From Escherichia coli (lineage in GTDB: Bacteria > Pseudomonadota > Gammaproteobacteria > Enterobacterales > Enterobacteriaceae), in NCBI RefSeq assembly GCF_011045215.1, contig NZ_CP049201.1: a stretch of 64,000 nucleotides of DNA. One strand, given 5' to 3'. A program made the translations under genes and the position numbers. Positions 60,641 through 64,000 of the stretch are shown here, piece by piece; position 1 is the stretch's first letter; each line of letters starts with the position of its first letter. Under the pieces are notes generated by a model. The model was not told where the DNA came from. It was given only the letters and a program-made list of their open reading frames with translations, and did no database searches.

Positions 60641-61576
60641 ATGCAAGAAAATCAAAAGAATACGAAGAAAGAGATATACAATCTGAACAAATTACAAAAA
60701 CGCCTGCGTCGTAACGTGGGCGAAGCCATTGCTGACTTCAATATGATTGAAGAAGGCGATCGCATCATGGTTTGCCTCTCCGGGGGTAAAGACAGCTATA
60801 CCATGCTGGAGATTCTGCGCAATTTGCAGCAAAGCGCGCCAATCAATTTTTCGCTGGTGGCTGTTAACCTCGATCAAAAGCAACCGGGCTTCCCGGAACA
60901 CGTTCTGCCCGAGTATCTTGAAAAGCTGGGCGTTGAGTACAAGATTGTTGAAGAGAACACTTACGGTATCGTGAAAGAGAAGATTCCAGAGGGCAAAACC
61001 ACTTGCTCACTGTGTTCTCGGCTACGTCGCGGTATCCTTTATCGCACCGCAACGGAACTGGGGGCGACGAAGATCGCGTTGGGCCACCATCGTGACGATA
61101 TCCTGCAAACGTTGTTCTTAAATATGTTCTACGGCGGTAAGATGAAAGGTATGCCTCCGAAACTGATGAGCGATGATGGCAAACATATCGTTATTCGTCC
61201 GCTGGCCTACTGCCGCGAGAAAGATATTCAGCGATTTGCCGATGCAAAAGCGTTCCCGATTATTCCGTGCAACCTGTGCGGTTCACAGCCTAACCTGCAA
61301 CGTCAGGTGATTGCTGACATGTTGCGTGACTGGGATAAACGTTATCCAGGGCGTATCGAGACGATGTTCAGCGCGATGCAGAATGTGGTGCCGTCGCATC
61401 TGTGCGATACCAACCTGTTCGATTTCAAAGGCATCACCCACGGTTCTGAAGTGGTTAACGGGGGTGATCTTGCGTTTGATCGCGAAGAGATCCCACTACA
61501 ACCGGCGGGCTGGCAGCCAGAAGAAGATGAAAATCAGTTGGATGAGTTACGGCTGAATGTGGTTGAAGTGAAATAA
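60641..61576 (+). CDS. ttcA: tRNA 2-thiocytidine(32) synthetase TtcA (5' end and promoter supplied by prophage DNA)
   Basis: 311 aa; PP-loop SGGKDS, CxxC clusters; N-terminal 11 codons differ from the ttcC remnant. Confidence 0.95.
   Translation: MQENQKNTKKEIYNLNKLQKRLRRNVGEAIADFNMIEEGDRIMVCLSGGKDSYTMLEILRNLQQSAPINFSLVAVNLDQKQPGFPEHVLPEYLEKLGVEYKIVEENTYGIVKEKIPEGKTTCSLCSRLRRGILYRTATELGATKIALGHHRDDILQTLFLNMFYGGKMKGMPPKLMSDDGKHIVIRPLAYCREKDIQRFADAKAFPIIPCNLCGSQPNLQRQVIADMLRDWDKRYPGRIETMFSAMQNVVPSHLCDTNLFDFKGITHGSEVVNGGDLAFDREEIPLQPAGWQPEEDENQLDELRLNVVEVK
60676..60690. repeat. attR core (15-bp direct repeat ATACAATCTGAACAA) inside ttcA codons 12-17
   Basis: Identical to 11532..11546. Confidence 0.8.
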
Positions 61577-61583
61577 CCCGGAT

Positions 61584-61660
61584 AGCGCCCGATGCGCAAG
61601 CGTATCGGGCTACTCTAATGGAGGCCGGATAAGACGCGGCCAGCGTCGCATCCGGCAATC
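61584..61660. repeat. REP/BIME-like palindromic units between convergent ttcA and dbpA
   Basis: GCCGGATAAGACGCGGCCAGCGTCGCATCCGGC (61624-61656) is REP-type; second imperfect palindrome GCCCGAT...ATCGGGC upstream. Confidence 0.55.
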
Positions 61661-61704
61661 CCGAATAAGATGTTTACTCTTGCACCCGGCAATTCAACAT
61701 TTCA

Positions 61705-63078
61705 TTATTTTAATAACCGCACCCGGCACGTTTTTCCTTTAATCTTCCCGCCCTGTAACTGTTTCCATGCTTTATGAGCAACAGCCTGACGGACCGCGAC
61801 ATAGACATGCGCCGGATGCACGGCGATTTTGCCAATATCTGCGCCATCAAGCCCGATATCTCCTGTCAGTGCACCTAATACATCACCCGGGCGCATTTTG
61901 GCTTTTTTCCCGCCATCGATACACAACGTTGCCATTTCTGCTTCCAGCGTCGCAATGGAACTATTAGCTGGCGGCGTTTGCCAGTTAAGTTTTATCTGCA
62001 ACATGTCAGAAATGATATTGGCCCGCTGTGCTTCTTCCGGAGCACAGAAACTGATCGCCAGACCGCTATTTCCTGCACGAGCTGTACGACCGATGCGATG
62101 TACATGAACTTCAGGGTCCCACGCCAGCTCAAAGTTCACCACCAGCTCAAGCGATTTAATATCCAGACCACGCGCAGCAACATCAGTCGCGACCAGTACA
62201 CGGGCGCTACCGTTAGCAAAACGTACCAGGGTCTGATCGCGATCGCGTTGCTCCAAATCGCCGTGTAATGACAATGCACTTTGCCCTACTTCATTCAGCG
62301 CGTCGCAGACAGCCTGGCAATCTTTTTTGGTATTGCAAAACACCACGCAAGAGGATGGCTGATGCAAGCTTAATAACCGTTGCAACAGAGGAATTTTGCC
62401 TTTGCTGGATGTCTCATAAAATTGTTGTTCAATGGGTGGCAAAGCATCTGTTGAGTCAATTTCAATCGCCAAAGGATCGCGTTGCACTCGTCCGCTGATT
62501 GCAGCGATGGCTTCCGGCCAGGTTGCCGAAAACAGAAGCGTCTGTCGAGATGCTGGCGCAAAACGGATGACATCATCAATGGCATCGCTAAATCCCATAT
62601 CCAGCATGCGGTCGGCCTCATCCATCACCAGCGTATTCAACGCATCCAGTGATACCGTGCCTTTTTGCAGGTGATCCAGCAAACGCCCCGGCGTTGCCAC
62701 GATAATATGCGGCGCATGTTGCAACGAATCACGCTGCATACCGAACGGTTGACCACCGCACAACGTCAAAATTTTGGTATTTGGCAGAAAACGCGCCAGC
62801 CGACGCAATTCACCTGCCACCTGATCCGCCAGTTCACGCGTAGGACACAGCACTAAAGCCTGGGTTTGAAATAGCGACGCATCAATTTGCTGTAACAAGC
62901 CGAGGCCAAAAGCCGCCGTTTTGCCGCTGCCGGTTTTCGCCTGCACGCGAACATCTTTTCCGGCAAGGATCGCCGGAAGCGCGGCGGCCTGCACCGGCGT
63001 CATGGTTAAATAACCCAACTCATTAAGGTTCGTGAGTTGGGCGGGAGGCAAAACATTCAGGGTAGAAAAAGCGGTCAC
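61705..63078 (-). CDS. dbpA: ATP-dependent RNA helicase DbpA (DEAD-box)
   Basis: 457 aa; Walker A AKTGSGKT, DEAD box VMDEAD, SAT, HRIGRTAR motifs. Confidence 0.95.
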   Translation of the reverse strand: MTAFSTLNVLPPAQLTNLNELGYLTMTPVQAAALPAILAGKDVRVQAKTGSGKTAAFGLGLLQQIDASLFQTQALVLCPTRELADQVAGELRRLARFLPNTKILTLCGGQPFGMQRDSLQHAPHIIVATPGRLLDHLQKGTVSLDALNTLVMDEADRMLDMGFSDAIDDVIRFAPASRQTLLFSATWPEAIAAISGRVQRDPLAIEIDSTDALPPIEQQFYETSSKGKIPLLQRLLSLHQPSSCVVFCNTKKDCQAVCDALNEVGQSALSLHGDLEQRDRDQTLVRFANGSARVLVATDVAARGLDIKSLELVVNFELAWDPEVHVHRIGRTARAGNSGLAISFCAPEEAQRANIISDMLQIKLNWQTPPANSSIATLEAEMATLCIDGGKKAKMRPGDVLGALTGDIGLDGADIGKIAVHPAHVYVAVRQAVAHKAWKQLQGGKIKGKTCRVRLLK

Positions 63079-63338
63079 AATCTATTCTCGTGGTCATCGA
63101 CGCAAAGTTAGCAGGCGCGTATCCTCGCAGATCTACGCTCACGATGCGACAATTTAATCGGTTCTTCATCGGGTGGTGGGTCAGGCATGGGTTGCGGGCG
63201 AGGGATCGGATCGGGCACTGGAACAGGATCGCCAGGAATCGGTTCAGGGACAGGAATTTGCAAATAAATAAGTGTCGTCATATTTCCCTCTGGTCATTGG
63301 GTGGACTCTTAAAGGGTAGACGCTGATAAATAACAGGC

Positions 63339-63366
63339 AAAAAAAAGCCGACTCATCAAAGTCGGC
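63339..63366 (-). terminator. Rho-independent terminator ~190 nt downstream of zntB
   Basis: Minus strand: GCCGAC-UUUGAUGAG-GUCGGC followed by U8. Confidence 0.6.
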
Positions 63367-63555
63367 GTCGTACGAATCAATTGTGCTATGCAGTAATTCA
63401 AAAAAGGAAGTAAGACAATATGGAGCGCAACGCCCATCGCTTGACGTTGCATTCACCTGCAAGAGAGATATTGCCCTGAATGGGTAGAGAGTTTATTGAC
63501 TTCGCTCAAACTTTGCGGCGTTTTTGTATACAGACAGCCGGAAAAATTGCTTTTG

Positions 63556-64000
<445 letters not shown>

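Noticed and set aside
63090-63462. ORFs 63090..63326 (+) and 63244..63462 (-) between dbpA and zntB
   Set aside because: Overlap the dbpA promoter region and the zntB terminator hairpin; no RBS support; likely spurious.

Overview
The window is E. coli K-12-like chromosome interrupted by a ~49 kb mosaic lambdoid prophage inserted in the 5' end of ttcA (the site used by Rac in K-12). Host genes on the left are feaR (3' end), ydbL, ynbE, ydbH, ldhA, hslJ, ydbJ, ydbK (pfo), the sRNA micC, ompN, uspF and a ttcC-like remnant; on the right are ttcA, dbpA and the 3' part of zntB. The prophage (about 11532..60690) is bounded by a 15-bp direct repeat (ATACAATCTGAACAA). Read right to left it has: integrase and excisionase; a lambda Red Gam-Bet-Exo block with a Lar-type restriction-alleviation gene; a Rac-like immunity and replication region (racR, ydaS, ydaT, ydaU, ydaV homologues); a nin-like region carrying a Hok-family toxin; a Q-like antiterminator; two T4-like tRNA genes (Gly-UCC, Thr-UGU); a lysis cassette; packaging, head and contractile-tail genes; and two tail-fibre/chaperone pairs. 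The strongest candidates for undescribed or accessory systems are: (1) a self-contained PD-(D/E)xK nuclease-fold gene inserted in the baseplate cluster; (2) a two-gene module next to attL pairing an unknown protein with a fused XRE-HTH/ImmA-type metallopeptidase; (3) a 633-aa unknown protein in the early-left operon; (4) a ParB-like plus putative glycosyltransferase pair upstream of the terminase; (5) a convergent pair of small genes inserted in the replication module. All calls rest on reading the translations and the DNA by eye; no database search or computation was run. The supplied ORF track prints M for GTG/TTG starts, so several starts were moved to internal ATG codons with a Shine-Dalgarno match.
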